Assembly (NCBI GenBank): GCA_963665235.2
Contig: CAXXLX010000001.1
Span: forward strand, 2,496,001-2,560,000
Direction of reading: 5' to 3'
DNA: 64,000 bases
From: Candidatus Poribacteria bacterium
Lineage (GTDB): Bacteria; Poribacteria; WGA-4E; WGA-3G
Position numbers and translations under genes: made by a program. Under the pieces are notes generated by a model that saw nothing but the letters and a program-made list of their open reading frames with translations, had not been told where the DNA came from and ran no database searches. Shown one piece after another: positions 51,753-62,380 of the stretch (its first letter is position 1; every line of letters starts with the position of its first letter).

Positions 51753-52322
51753 ATGTCTAATGAACGTGAAACGCAAAAAGAAATTCGGCGAATTGTCCGG
51801 GTGTTAGAGGCGACATCAAAGCTTCTTGAAAAATCTGCCCTGTTCGATAATTTTTTGGAGGGTGAAAAGCGATGCATCCAACAATTCAACAATGCCCTTT
51901 CACGCCTGAACGATTTAGGGGCACTGCCGGAAGGTTTGTTTGATCCGCTAGAGGAAGGGGCGACATTTGGAGACATCGGCTACTCGTATCACCAGCTCGC
52001 TACGTACCTCAAAGAGGGAATTTCGGTTGAATTCGATTTCGACATTAACCAAGCGAAGAAAACGATTGGTGAAGAGATGCGAAATGTTGGCGATGTTATA
52101 ACGCGCACCTTCTTCAAAGATACAAAAGAGGAAGACTCGGAAGCCGAAACGATTGAAGTCGTTGAGGAAGAAGAGGAAACATCCGATGTCCTCGAACCGC
52201 GCCTTGAAAAACTTGAAGAGCAGATGGGAACTATCGTCCAGATTCTTCAAGAACTCCGAGCAGACCAGGTACAAGAAGACCAGGTACAAGAAGACCAGGT
52301 ACAAGAGGACGAAGAGGCTTAG
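51753..52322 (+). CDS. Acidic hypothetical protein with a (QVQED)3 tail
   Basis: AGGAG RBS before ATG 51753; 15-bp tandem repeat at the 3' end. Confidence 0.65.
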   Translation: MSNERETQKEIRRIVRVLEATSKLLEKSALFDNFLEGEKRCIQQFNNALSRLNDLGALPEGLFDPLEEGATFGDIGYSYHQLATYLKEGISVEFDFDINQAKKTIGEEMRNVGDVITRTFFKDTKEEDSEAETIEVVEEEEETSDVLEPRLEKLEEQMGTIVQILQELRADQVQEDQVQEDQVQEDEEA

Positions 52323-52416
52323 CATAACCCTTGTTGCACGCTTCCTGACGTTTCAAAAAACTTTCGATAACAAACGTTTGTGAGGCGTGCACGCACAAGG
52401 GCGAAACTTCATTTTG

Positions 52417-52754
52417 TCGCGTGCGAAGCACGCTCCTACCGAGGATATAAACGGATTTTCGCGTGCGAAGCACGCTCCTACCGAGGATATAAACGGATTT
52501 TCGCGTGCGAAGCACGCTCCTACCGAGGATATAAACGGATTTTCGCGTGCGAAGCACGCTCCTACCGAGGATATAAACGGATTTTCGCGTGCGAAGCACG
52601 CTCCTACCGAGGATATAAACGGATTTTCGCGTGCGAAGCACGCTCCTACCGAGGATATAAACGGATTTTCGCGTGCGAAGCACGCTCCTACCGAGGATAT
52701 AAACGGATTTTCGCGTGCGAAGCACGCTCCTACCGAGGATATGAACGGATTTTT
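52417..52754 (-). repeat. Tandem array of eight 42-bp GTAG-REP units
   Basis: Minus-strand unit contains GTAGGAGCGTGCTTCGCACGCGA; a lone relative sits at 17051-17075. Confidence 0.92.
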
Positions 52755-54664
52755 CACCAGTGCTTGAAGGAATACATCCGCTGTTCTAGGAATAATCCCA
52801 AAGTCGCCCAGATGCTGCCCATGACAAATTCACCGAGCATTGCTCCGAAAAATAGGGGCAACGCGCGACGATACGCACCAATCCCACCGTGCCGAACGAG
52901 TAGGGATTTTATCGCCCACGCCAAAAATACAGGAAACCAGAGCCGACCGAAATTCCAATTGCCCGATAGCGGATAGGCGAGCGGGTGCAGCTGCCACCAG
53001 ATAAACCGCATCCGCATAAAAAGCGTAATGAATGTGAGAAACATGCCGAACCCGAAGAAGCTGAGCTGTCGCCACTCCGTATCACTCGGCAATGTTAACC
53101 AACGTTGGAGGTCACTAAATGCTTCCTGTCCGCGCCAGGTCCCCAGGCTTCCGTGCCTATACCCCGCATGCAGGAATGCCGTGAACCCGATAAGCAGTCC
53201 GATGACGGTTGCCCCCCACATGACCCAGAGCAGCTGCTGTGTGTTGATTGCCCCCTTTTCAGCCAATTTGAATCCCTCTAGTTGATTCGGCATCGGTTGT
53301 GAGCGGTAGTTGCGGGTAAACCCGTATAAGAAGGCGAATCCTGTTAGTGTCGGTGCGCCAATTTTTCTGGAGCCGAAAAGCGAAGTTAAGAAAAAGCTGG
53401 GGCCGGCACGGTAAAAATCCTGCGTCGGTGTGCCAAGTTCCGCCCGCATCCGTGTGAAGGCTAAGACTAAAATGAAGTGGATGCTAAAAAATCCTATAAT
53501 CCCCCACCACGACATGCCCGCCTTGAGGCAAAATCCGAAAATAACGGCAATGCTGAGCAGAAAACCGAGGACCGCGCCGCGATATCCCATCGGTTCGCCT
53601 TCGCCGGTAGCAGCGTTAACGTGTAACCCTAAAACGTTGCGTGCAACCTGCCACAAGTGTTTACGCGTTATCCAGAGCGCGAAGAAACAGAGCGCGAAAT
53701 ATGCCCCAAGCGATTGCATGTCAATATGAGGGTATCCCGGCACCTGTTCTAAGCCTGTAACCGCGCCAAAAACCCGTTGTCCCTTCCAGAAAAGATAGAA
53801 TAGCCAGCAAGAAAGCGATAGGTCCAGCGGCATCAAAAAACCTATACCGATAGCGTAAGGGTTCAGATGGATAGGCGTTGACCCGATAGCGTTGAACGGT
53901 TTCTCCGTAAACAGCTGCCCGATGTCGTGCCGAATAGGAATGTTCGGCAGATATGGATAGAGAAAACTCATGCCGTTGAGCAGGTCAAGTCCAAATCCGA
54001 TAGCAAAGCCGACCCAGAGAAGTCGGTTGCGATAGAAAGGCGCGCCTTTTGTCATCTCAAACGGAAGTAGGATAATCGGATAACTCAATTTTTCATGTGC
54101 AATCCACTGTTTACGCAGGATGACACTGAGCATAAGCATAGAGAAGGCAAGGGCAGCGAAGAAGAACGTCCACGATAGCACAGGTGTAAGCCACGCGCGG
54201 ATATGTGTCGCTTCAAATAGCGTTGAAGTGCCCTCATAATATCCGATTAAGGCGCGTCGGTTCATAACCGCAATCCAGTCGGGAATGTAATGGAAGAAGA
54301 GCGATTGCCATTCATTCTCCGGCGTAGCGAACCAGCTGGCGTGTCCAAGGATACACATTGTCGCCTGCAAAAGGTCATGCCCACAAACGACGCATGCAAG
54401 CGTCACCATAAGGTATACTGTCAACATTTCTCCTTGCGTCAGCTGCCATTTCGGAAAATATTGTGTTAAGAGTAGGTTAAAAATCGCGACGAGGAATAGG
54501 GTGAAGACAGCATTGAAGAAGATTGCCATCGTAGTGGGGTACTGTGTTGTCCAGACCGTCTCTGTCTGAACGACGAGGTAGATATTAAGTGGAAGCGACA
54601 GCAGGCCGAGCAATATAGCTCGCCATGTGATATTCTCAGTTGGGGAATGCGGTGGCTTCTCCAT
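52754..54664 (-). CDS. Polytopic membrane protein (DUF6785-like putative peptide transporter)
   Basis: TWRAILLG, W...EKLSYPI, RMRAELG, WWQLHPLAY; many TM helices. Confidence 0.75.
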   Translation of the reverse strand: MEKPPHSPTENITWRAILLGLLSLPLNIYLVVQTETVWTTQYPTTMAIFFNAVFTLFLVAIFNLLLTQYFPKWQLTQGEMLTVYLMVTLACVVCGHDLLQATMCILGHASWFATPENEWQSLFFHYIPDWIAVMNRRALIGYYEGTSTLFEATHIRAWLTPVLSWTFFFAALAFSMLMLSVILRKQWIAHEKLSYPIILLPFEMTKGAPFYRNRLLWVGFAIGFGLDLLNGMSFLYPYLPNIPIRHDIGQLFTEKPFNAIGSTPIHLNPYAIGIGFLMPLDLSLSCWLFYLFWKGQRVFGAVTGLEQVPGYPHIDMQSLGAYFALCFFALWITRKHLWQVARNVLGLHVNAATGEGEPMGYRGAVLGFLLSIAVIFGFCLKAGMSWWGIIGFFSIHFILVLAFTRMRAELGTPTQDFYRAGPSFFLTSLFGSRKIGAPTLTGFAFLYGFTRNYRSQPMPNQLEGFKLAEKGAINTQQLLWVMWGATVIGLLIGFTAFLHAGYRHGSLGTWRGQEAFSDLQRWLTLPSDTEWRQLSFFGFGMFLTFITLFMRMRFIWWQLHPLAYPLSGNWNFGRLWFPVFLAWAIKSLLVRHGGIGAYRRALPLFFGAMLGEFVMGSIWATLGLFLEQRMYSFKHW

Positions 54665-54904
54665 AACGGTGTCGTGTCCTGATAGTGTTAGCGGTTTTGT
54701 TCAAGCTTATAGGTCGGGTTGAACGCAGATGTGGCGTTGATGTGGAAAACGGAATGTCTCTGCCAATTATACGATTTCTCCTTCTCTATAGCAAGTTAAA
54801 AAATCGGATTTCGGGGGTAGGGGATTTTCGGTTGACATCTGGGGGTTGGATGTGGTATTATTTTTACATAAAACCAATTAGCATTCCAAAAGGAAATGTA
54901 ATAA

Positions 54905-56665
54905 ATGCAACACGTTTTTATATCCTATATGCCCGAAAATACGGCTATCATTGATAGGCTTCGCGAAGAACTAACCTCACGCGGCATAGAAGTCTGGATT
55001 GACCGAAATGAGATTAAACCGGAATCTCACTGGAAAGATGCCATTCGGGAAACTATTCGTGAAGGGACTTTTTTTATCGCGTGTTTCTCAAAGGAATATA
55101 GTAAACGCGATAAGACCGACATGAATCAGGAACTGACAATCGCAATTGATGAGCTGCGTCAGCAACCTACTAACAGAGCGTGGTTTATTCCTGTCAAGTT
55201 GAACAGCTGTAAGATACCTAATCGTAACATTGGTAGAGGTGAAACCCTCAACGCTCTTCACGATGTTAAACTCTATAAGGATTGGAATGCTGGTATTCAA
55301 AGCATAATTAAGGTTATTCAATCCGAATCGACGGAACCGACAAGAAATGAGAGCCCCAACTCAAAATCTTCGGAGGACTTTGTAGCTCAAGACAGTGTGG
55401 GCACAAAGAGTTCTGAAGTTAATAGGGACCGAAACAGAAAATTGACTGATTCGCTATTTCAACAAGTTGACGCGATGATGAAGCGCGGCGAAATAGACCC
55501 AGCAGTTACGGATTATGACACAGCGATTGCCTTAGAACCAAAAGATGCTAAAATCTACTATAGTAGCGGTAATGCTTACCGCAATGAAGGCGCGTTTGAA
55601 CTTGCTCCTGCGGATTATAATGAGGTAATAGAGTCGGATATAGAAAACGCCGGTTTCTACAACAGTCGCGGTGTTATCTACAGCAACGAAGGCGAAACAG
55701 ATAAGGCCATCAGAGATTTCAACAAGGCAATAGAACTGAATCCAAAATTTACCGAGGCTTATTACAATCGTGGCAATGTTTACGCAAACACAAGCGATTT
55801 TGATAACGCCATCAGCGACTATACCGAAGTAATAAAACGCAACCCAAATGATGCCCAGGCATATAACAATCGTGGCAATGTTTACGCAAACACAAGCGAT
55901 TTTGATAACGCCATCAGCGACTATACCGAAGCAATAAAACGCAACCCAAATGATGCCTAGGCATATTCCGGCCGGGGTTTTACTTACTACGATATAAATG
56001 AGTTTGATAACGCCATAGATGACTATACGGAAGCAATAAAACGCAACCCAAATGATGCCGAGATTTATTACAATCGGGGTCTTGCTTACGCCGAAACAGG
56101 TAATTTTGACAACGCCATCAACGACTATACGCAAGTAATAAAACGCAACCCAAATGATGCCGGTGCCTATTACGTCCGGGGCAATGCTTACTTGCACAAA
56201 GGTGAGTTTGATAACGCCATAGATGACTATACCGAAGCAATAAAACGCAACCCAAATGATGCCGATGCCTATTACGTCCGGGGCACTGCTTACCTCGCAA
56301 AAGGTGAGTTTGATAACGCCATAGATGACTATACCGAAGCAATAAAACGTAAAAAAGATTATGCCGGTGCCTATTACGTCCGGGGCACTGCTTACGTTGC
56401 CAAAGGTGATGTGTATAATGCCATCAGCGACTATAATACAACTATAAAATACAAACCCGATTTTGCCGGAGTGTATGTTGTCCGTGGGTTAGTCTGCTTA
56501 CATTTAAGGAAATGGAAAAGAGCAAAATCAGATCTGATGAAAGCCAGAAACCTGGGCGTGGATATCGGTGCTGCATTCCATGAGGACTACGCGAGCGTTG
56601 AAGATTTTGAGCAGGAAATGGGTATCCAGTTGCCAGAAGGCATCGCTGCACTATTGACTTCGTAG
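54905..56665 (+). pseudogene. TIR-domain + TPR protein interrupted by a single TAG at 55958-55960
   Basis: VFISY...VWID...QEL TIR; 34-aa TPRs; the frame stays open after TAG into ORF 56192-56665. Confidence 0.85.
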
Positions 56666-56698
56666 GTTGAGGTGATTTACAGTGATTCAATATAAATC

Positions 56699-58684
56699 TT
56701 AGAAGGCTTGTTCAAGGCCATAAAGTAGTTGTGGTCGGAGGGATTGGTTGAAAAGAGGGTCGAGCGGGAAAGCGATGCCGATGTGAAAGATGCCCGCTGC
56801 GCTTACCTGCGAAAAACTGCCGCGTAATTTGATACCTACGCTCCGTTTGGGTTCATTTAAATTGAACGTATGTAGGTCCTTCCAGATATAACCGATGTCG
56901 GCAAAGACGGTTGCGCCTAGGACAAGACCCAGCTTAACGGCACGTTTACTAAACGGCCGCACACAGAAGTTGATAGCGGAATCAGAGATTTCATCTAGTT
57001 TTTGAAAAAGCTCTCCCCCGAATATAGTCCTGGATTCAATGCTTAGGAGCAGCATTTTTTCGCCGCTGAATTCACGATATCCGTAGCCGCGTAGCCCGTT
57101 GAATGCGCCGAGGATAACCTGTCTTTGTCCACTCCATCCGAACAGCATTTGGGTTTTGATTTGTGCAACAAGTGTCTGATGGAAATCAAAAAGTCCGTTC
57201 CTACGAAATCCTTCGTTGACTTTATAAATATCACCTGTGTTGAATATATCTGTGTAAAACCATGCAGTTCTCGCTTGAAAAGTAGAGTGTTCAATTTCAT
57301 CGGTGAAATTTGTACTGAGCGCTAGGGTCGTTGTGCCCAAAAAACGGGGATGACCGACCCACCCAGATTTGAAAGCGATTGCGGCATAAGCCTCCGAACT
57401 GTCTGAACCGTACAGCGGGGAGGCATACCCAAGGGAGGCTTCATAGCGTGAGCCTCTAAAAAAATCCTCTTCACGGCCCATCTGTCTAAGAAACCGGGTT
57501 TGATGGTAGTTAACGGACTGTCGCCCCACTGTGAAACCGACACGATTGATAGTTCGGTTTGTGGGACACGCTACGGCTGCGGAACTCTTCCCAGTAGGGG
57601 TGTATATTGAACGTTGTCCAGTTGTCCAAACGCCGATGTAGTTCTGTCTATGCCGGTCGCCAAAGTATCGTTGTACGTTGCTGGACGCATGCTGTAGGTC
57701 CTGTATATATGTCCCTGTTCGCATGCCCTCCTCGTACCATGAGACTTCATCAATTGCCTCAGCGGCACTAAACGCGACGCTCCACCGGCTTTTTAATGTA
57801 TATTGTGGCAGTTCGAGGAGGACACCCCATGAATCTCCGACCCGTTTTTGTATATATTCTCCATTAAAGTTCCAGTGTGAGTTGAAAAGGCGGGGCATCT
57901 GGTACCCCCATTTAAAGAGGCTCCGCGTTTTTTCATCTATCTCGCTAATCCGTTCATAATGGAATTGTGTACCATGTCCGGTGCCGTTCAAATTGGATTC
58001 CCGTATTTTCAAGAGAAATTTTGAGCTCTGACTGCCTAAGGCGGGACTGATTGCACCTGTGATAGTTAACCAATCCTCTGTAATCGTGACATTAATTTTT
58101 ACCGTTTTCGTTTCCGCATCCCAATGTGCTGTAACCTTTGCTGCACTGATGTATTCCTTCTGGCGCAGAATGTGTTCACTCTCCTCCGCATCATCCTCCA
58201 TGTAAACATCCCCCACTTTGAACAGGAGTTCGCGGAGAATCACATCTGTGTCGGTTTTCTGGTAACCCTGAACGTTCAGTTTGATGTCACTAATAATGCC
58301 CTTGTCAATATGAATCCGGATATGAACGCCGTCCCCGATTTTTTTAACAGATTCGGTCGAAATGTGGACGAACGGAAACCCGATGTGCTGATAATAACGG
58401 AGGATAGTTTCGAAATCCTGCTTCAAAACTGTCTCTTTGTAAACGCCGCCCTTCTTTGTTCGCATGAGCTTATGAATCTGCTGCCGTTCAGTGTGGGGTA
58501 GGTCGAGCGTCTGTTGGCGAGGGAATGAGCGACTTTCCCGAATTGAGAGTCCGTGAATAACATCCCCCTCCGCTCCGAAGGCGGGTTGCATGCAAAGGCA
58601 TAGCAGTAATAAACTGATAGCAAAGGAGAGTCCGCGTCTCCGTACAAAAATATGTGAGAAGGAGGGAAGGTATAAATGTTTCAT
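56699..58684 (-). CDS. POTRA-containing Omp85/BamA-TamA family protein
   Basis: KTDTDVILREL POTRA, ESNLNGTG, GLRGY, terminal QAF. Confidence 0.85.
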   Translation of the reverse strand: MKHLYLPSFSHIFVRRRGLSFAISLLLLCLCMQPAFGAEGDVIHGLSIRESRSFPRQQTLDLPHTERQQIHKLMRTKKGGVYKETVLKQDFETILRYYQHIGFPFVHISTESVKKIGDGVHIRIHIDKGIISDIKLNVQGYQKTDTDVILRELLFKVGDVYMEDDAEESEHILRQKEYISAAKVTAHWDAETKTVKINVTITEDWLTITGAISPALGSQSSKFLLKIRESNLNGTGHGTQFHYERISEIDEKTRSLFKWGYQMPRLFNSHWNFNGEYIQKRVGDSWGVLLELPQYTLKSRWSVAFSAAEAIDEVSWYEEGMRTGTYIQDLQHASSNVQRYFGDRHRQNYIGVWTTGQRSIYTPTGKSSAAVACPTNRTINRVGFTVGRQSVNYHQTRFLRQMGREEDFFRGSRYEASLGYASPLYGSDSSEAYAAIAFKSGWVGHPRFLGTTTLALSTNFTDEIEHSTFQARTAWFYTDIFNTGDIYKVNEGFRRNGLFDFHQTLVAQIKTQMLFGWSGQRQVILGAFNGLRGYGYREFSGEKMLLLSIESRTIFGGELFQKLDEISDSAINFCVRPFSKRAVKLGLVLGATVFADIGYIWKDLHTFNLNEPKRSVGIKLRGSFSQVSAAGIFHIGIAFPLDPLFNQSLRPQLLYGLEQAF

Positions 58685-58687
58685 TCT

Positions 58688-60808
58688 CTAGTCCCCCGCG
58701 GGTGGGGTGGAAGTCTGTGTGTGTGTCCCCGCGGGCGGGGTGGAGGTCTGCGCGTGTTCCCGGTTTGAAAGAAACCCCTCAAGCAGCATAAGACACACAG
58801 CTAAAATCAGCAATTCTCCCCAGATTTCTCTACCGTGCCTTTTGATGTCCAGCGCAGCAGTATCCAGCTGTCCTGTTTCATCAACTTCTGTTGTTCGTGC
58901 GTCGATGCGTTCGGCTGCATGTTGCAATGAAATCGGTGTCAAATTCGCTTCGGGTGCGGGGGTGTTAACGGCGAAAAAGTCGCGTTGCAGTCTACCTTGC
59001 GTTTTCACGTCGACCTGATAGATACCGGGGTATTCTGTTGCCTTGAACTGCATAGTTCCATCTTCAGCAATTGGCACAGCTGTCGCTGCGTCTTCATCCG
59101 GCGCGGCTAGTCGTTTGATCCAAGCCCGTGCGCCGGCACTTTGCGGATACCTCGCGCTGTACGGTTCACCAACGTTCAAGTTTTTTACAGCTCGGGAGCG
59201 CGTTGCGTAAAGTACGCTCTGTTGAAGAAGCGGCAGGAAGTAAGGATTGACAAGCAACGTTGTCCTTTTCGTTTGCTGCTGGAGTCCACAGTTAAAGAAT
59301 AGAAGTACGCTTGTTCCTTCACGTTTTTCAATAAGGAATGGCGTGCTATCTTCGAAACGTGCGATAACATTTGCGTCTGGGGTGGGGGTTACCGTCAAAC
59401 CTTTGTAAAATTGAGGGCCGTATTGACCGGCGAGCACGTCCTCCGGAAAAATATCGAAGATAGGATGCTCCGCCTGATAAGGATTAATCTTTTTCGGGCT
59501 TTGCCATGTAAGCGGTGCCCCGAATTGTGCGGGGGCCCAGTGAAGGTTAACTTCAGCCGAAACAAACATGATAACACTTTTGCCGCGCCGGATGAACTCT
59601 CGGATTTGGGTTTCAGCACGGCGTGAAATCGTCGGTACATCTGCAAAAAGGAGAACGTCATACTGCTCAAGCGGAAACGTTTCAAAAGCTGTAGGCGTGC
59701 ATGTCGTCGGTTGAATCATTGGCATTCGGGACAGATTCCTCTCGGTCTGCGCGGCAGCTGCAGGGTTTAGCACTAAAGTTAGGTATTCCATCTGTTCACC
59801 GACACAAAGCACCTTAATTTCACCTAATGCGTCAAAGGCAAAATACCGCCGATTGTCTACATTCAGACGGTCCGCTGCTAGTTCAAAATAACCGGTATGC
59901 GTCCCCGGTGCTGAAAAGGTATGTGTTAAGGTCGTTCTAATTGACTCATCGGGGGTAGCGGAAAAACTCTGCGTTTTCCGTTTCTGTGCATTGACAAATA
60001 GTGTGAGGGTTGTTTGTTCCAGAGGCACATCCGAATGATTTCTGAGCGTAACGTTTAAGTGAAGCGGTAAATCAACACCTATTAGTTGATTGGAGGGCAG
60101 AATTTCTTCAATATTTGTATTGTATGGACTTTTTTCGTTAGTAGAAAGCAGGATAATGTCAGCCCCGGAGTGATTCGGAATTCGTCCCCAATTGCCCCAA
60201 CCGTTCTGTGTAAAATCTGAAATGAGATAGAGCTCCCTGTTCTGCTGTTCAGACTCGGCGAGGATTTCGTGTGCAAGTTCAAGGCTCGGTTGGACGTTTG
60301 TAGCGCGATAGGAGACTGTCGCGTCCTGAACCGCCGCTGTGACACTCTCAATATCGGGGGTTAGTTGCCGGAATACAGGCTGTGGGACATCAGACATTAA
60401 AATTAGGGCAGCGGTATCCCCATGACGAAGCGAGCGAAGCACATCGGTTGCCAACGTCTTGGCTTTGTCAAACCAAACGCCATCAACGTCCTGATACGCC
60501 ATACTGTAAGAGTTATCGAGAATAATGACGACATCGGTGTTCGCGCGTACGACGGCGGCTGGAAGACCGAGGGACAAGAAGGGACGTGCCATGGCAAACG
60601 CAATCAGGGCAACAATCGCCATACGGAGCAGCAGCAGTAGCAGCTGTTTGAACTGAAACCGCCGAACATTTTGGCGATGCGCCGCGAACAGGAACATCAA
60701 GCTGCTAAAATCTACTGTCACCGATTGACGACGACTCCAGAGATGAATAAGCAGTGGAATACCAGCGGCGAGAAGTCCGAGAAGAAATAATGGATTTAGA
60801 AAAGCCAA
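58688..60808 (-). CDS. BatA-domain/vWA membrane protein
   Basis: FLNP..L.GL..IPLLIHL, LDNSYSM MIDAS, ISDF. Confidence 0.88.
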   Translation of the reverse strand: MAFLNPLFLLGLLAAGIPLLIHLWSRRQSVTVDFSSLMFLFAAHRQNVRRFQFKQLLLLLLRMAIVALIAFAMARPFLSLGLPAAVVRANTDVVIILDNSYSMAYQDVDGVWFDKAKTLATDVLRSLRHGDTAALILMSDVPQPVFRQLTPDIESVTAAVQDATVSYRATNVQPSLELAHEILAESEQQNRELYLISDFTQNGWGNWGRIPNHSGADIILLSTNEKSPYNTNIEEILPSNQLIGVDLPLHLNVTLRNHSDVPLEQTTLTLFVNAQKRKTQSFSATPDESIRTTLTHTFSAPGTHTGYFELAADRLNVDNRRYFAFDALGEIKVLCVGEQMEYLTLVLNPAAAAQTERNLSRMPMIQPTTCTPTAFETFPLEQYDVLLFADVPTISRRAETQIREFIRRGKSVIMFVSAEVNLHWAPAQFGAPLTWQSPKKINPYQAEHPIFDIFPEDVLAGQYGPQFYKGLTVTPTPDANVIARFEDSTPFLIEKREGTSVLLFFNCGLQQQTKRTTLLVNPYFLPLLQQSVLYATRSRAVKNLNVGEPYSARYPQSAGARAWIKRLAAPDEDAATAVPIAEDGTMQFKATEYPGIYQVDVKTQGRLQRDFFAVNTPAPEANLTPISLQHAAERIDARTTEVDETGQLDTAALDIKRHGREIWGELLILAVCLMLLEGFLSNREHAQTSTPPAGTHTQTSTPPAGD

Positions 60809-60848
60809 GCGTAACGTGCTCCCGTTTTTAAGGGTTATCGGCAGTCAG

Positions 60849-62342
60849 TTATTCGATAATAACGATTTCAAGTTGATTGAGGGTGCGGAAAGCCCCCTCC
60901 GACAATTCCATCATCGTATCCGATTCCAAGGTGCTGCCGCCGAGTTGAATGTGATTGGCATCAGCAATGACCTGATTTAATGTAGGGTCCATCGGAATCC
61001 AGGTGCCGACATAGACCTCGGGCCAAAAATGATAATAGAACGCATCCTTTGCAAAAACTAGCCCTGAACAGATTCGGGCAGGAATTCCAACCGAACGCGC
61101 CAGTGCAATAAATAGGACAGTGTGTTCTGTACAGTCCCCTGAAAGCGTCTCCAAGGTCGTTAAGGATGTCCCGTAACCGCCGCTTAAATTTTTTTCGTCA
61201 ATAGATTTGTAAACCCATTGACATAAAAGTTTTGCGGCATGCCAGGAATTGGTTTCGCCTGCTAGAATTTCCTCCGCTTTTGTCGTGATAGCTGGATGGT
61301 CGGTTTGAATATAAGCAGTTGCCGAGAGGAAGGGGTGCAGCTCCTCCTGCTGGATGGGTAAACTCGGGCAATTTGTCTCGTCAACCTTTGGAACGTCAAT
61401 TGTGAGAGTGCCGGTTTGTTCATCGGCTCGTTCCATTTTCTGGTGGTTATTGGTCAGGAACGTTTCCTTGAGATTTCCGCTGGTGAGCCGTACGTTTGCG
61501 ACAAGTCGGGAAGCCCCGGTTTTCGGTCTCTCGCCTGTGGGAAGGAGGCGAGTTTGCAAAACGAGGTCAACCTCTTCAATACCGTCTAATGCGGTTTTCT
61601 TATCGGTTTTGGTAGCAGTTAGTGCTAATCCCATCATATCTGTCTCGGTTCGGTACAGTGTTGAATCATCGGTGGAAAGCCACATACGTGTCGTAATGCC
61701 CCCCATAATGTCCATCGTCAGTTCAAGCAGCCAGACAGGTTTTTCCTGATGTTGGTAGGTTACGGTCTCTTCAGAAACAACGTGTAGTTCTGTTTTTATA
61801 GGTTGAAGGAGGTCAAAATTGAATAGGTGAAAGGTGTGTGTATCGCCAACCTTCAGCGGGTTTTTGGATAGCAAAGAATCTATCATGAGTTCGGAAATCG
61901 TATCAGGTGGAATATCGGCCTCAGTTTCCGTTGTTTCGCCATTAAGGGTTGTTGTGATATAGGCGGTACCGTCTATAACTTTTCCTTCAACCTGTTTCAG
62001 ACCCGATTCATTGGAGGTCAATAGGAAGTAGCGGGGCATTAAATCGGGGCCTGCGTATTCAATGCGGGTCTGTTCGATTTTCAGGTCTGTGCCAATTGCT
62101 TTAAAGTGCATCACTAAATCGGTCCGGCTCCGAATAGCGGGTTCCCCTTGATAATCGGTTTTCTCAATATAATTGTATAGATACCCTATTTTTTTCCCCA
62201 TCAACGTAAAGTTGTACCAATGTTCTTGTGGCTGTTGTAGCATATTCTCAAATTCCCCGTTTTCTATTTCCACGGCGTGTGTGATTGTTGTCATAACCGT
62301 AAATAGGAGAACGAGTAGTGTGCAAAATTTTAAACGTTTCAC
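60849..62342 (-). CDS. Secreted transglutaminase-like protein
   Basis: GDCTEH, GIPAR, HFWPEV, DPT catalytic triad. Confidence 0.9.
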   Translation of the reverse strand: MKRLKFCTLLVLLFTVMTTITHAVEIENGEFENMLQQPQEHWYNFTLMGKKIGYLYNYIEKTDYQGEPAIRSRTDLVMHFKAIGTDLKIEQTRIEYAGPDLMPRYFLLTSNESGLKQVEGKVIDGTAYITTTLNGETTETEADIPPDTISELMIDSLLSKNPLKVGDTHTFHLFNFDLLQPIKTELHVVSEETVTYQHQEKPVWLLELTMDIMGGITTRMWLSTDDSTLYRTETDMMGLALTATKTDKKTALDGIEEVDLVLQTRLLPTGERPKTGASRLVANVRLTSGNLKETFLTNNHQKMERADEQTGTLTIDVPKVDETNCPSLPIQQEELHPFLSATAYIQTDHPAITTKAEEILAGETNSWHAAKLLCQWVYKSIDEKNLSGGYGTSLTTLETLSGDCTEHTVLFIALARSVGIPARICSGLVFAKDAFYYHFWPEVYVGTWIPMDPTLNQVIADANHIQLGGSTLESDTMMELSEGAFRTLNQLEIVIIE

Positions 62343-62380
62343 AGTTTAATCCCCTTGTAGTGTGTATGTATGAACCGTTC

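Noticed and set aside
52231-52976. Repeat-protein ORFs or CRISPR at the 42-bp array
   Set aside because: Units are identical with no spacers; the ORFs are by-products of a stop-free 14-codon period.
55958-55960. Pyrrolysine or recoded TAG
   Set aside because: The sister repeat has CAG, other genes in the window end in TAG normally, and there are no pyl genes here; a point mutation is simpler.
55750-56450. Diversity-generating retroelement template/variable repeats
   Set aside because: These are tandem TPR-coding repeats, differences are not confined to adenines, and no reverse transcriptase is present.
58693-58757. 33-bp duplication at the BatA gene 3' end
   Set aside because: Simple local duplication in a low-complexity tail with no further signal.
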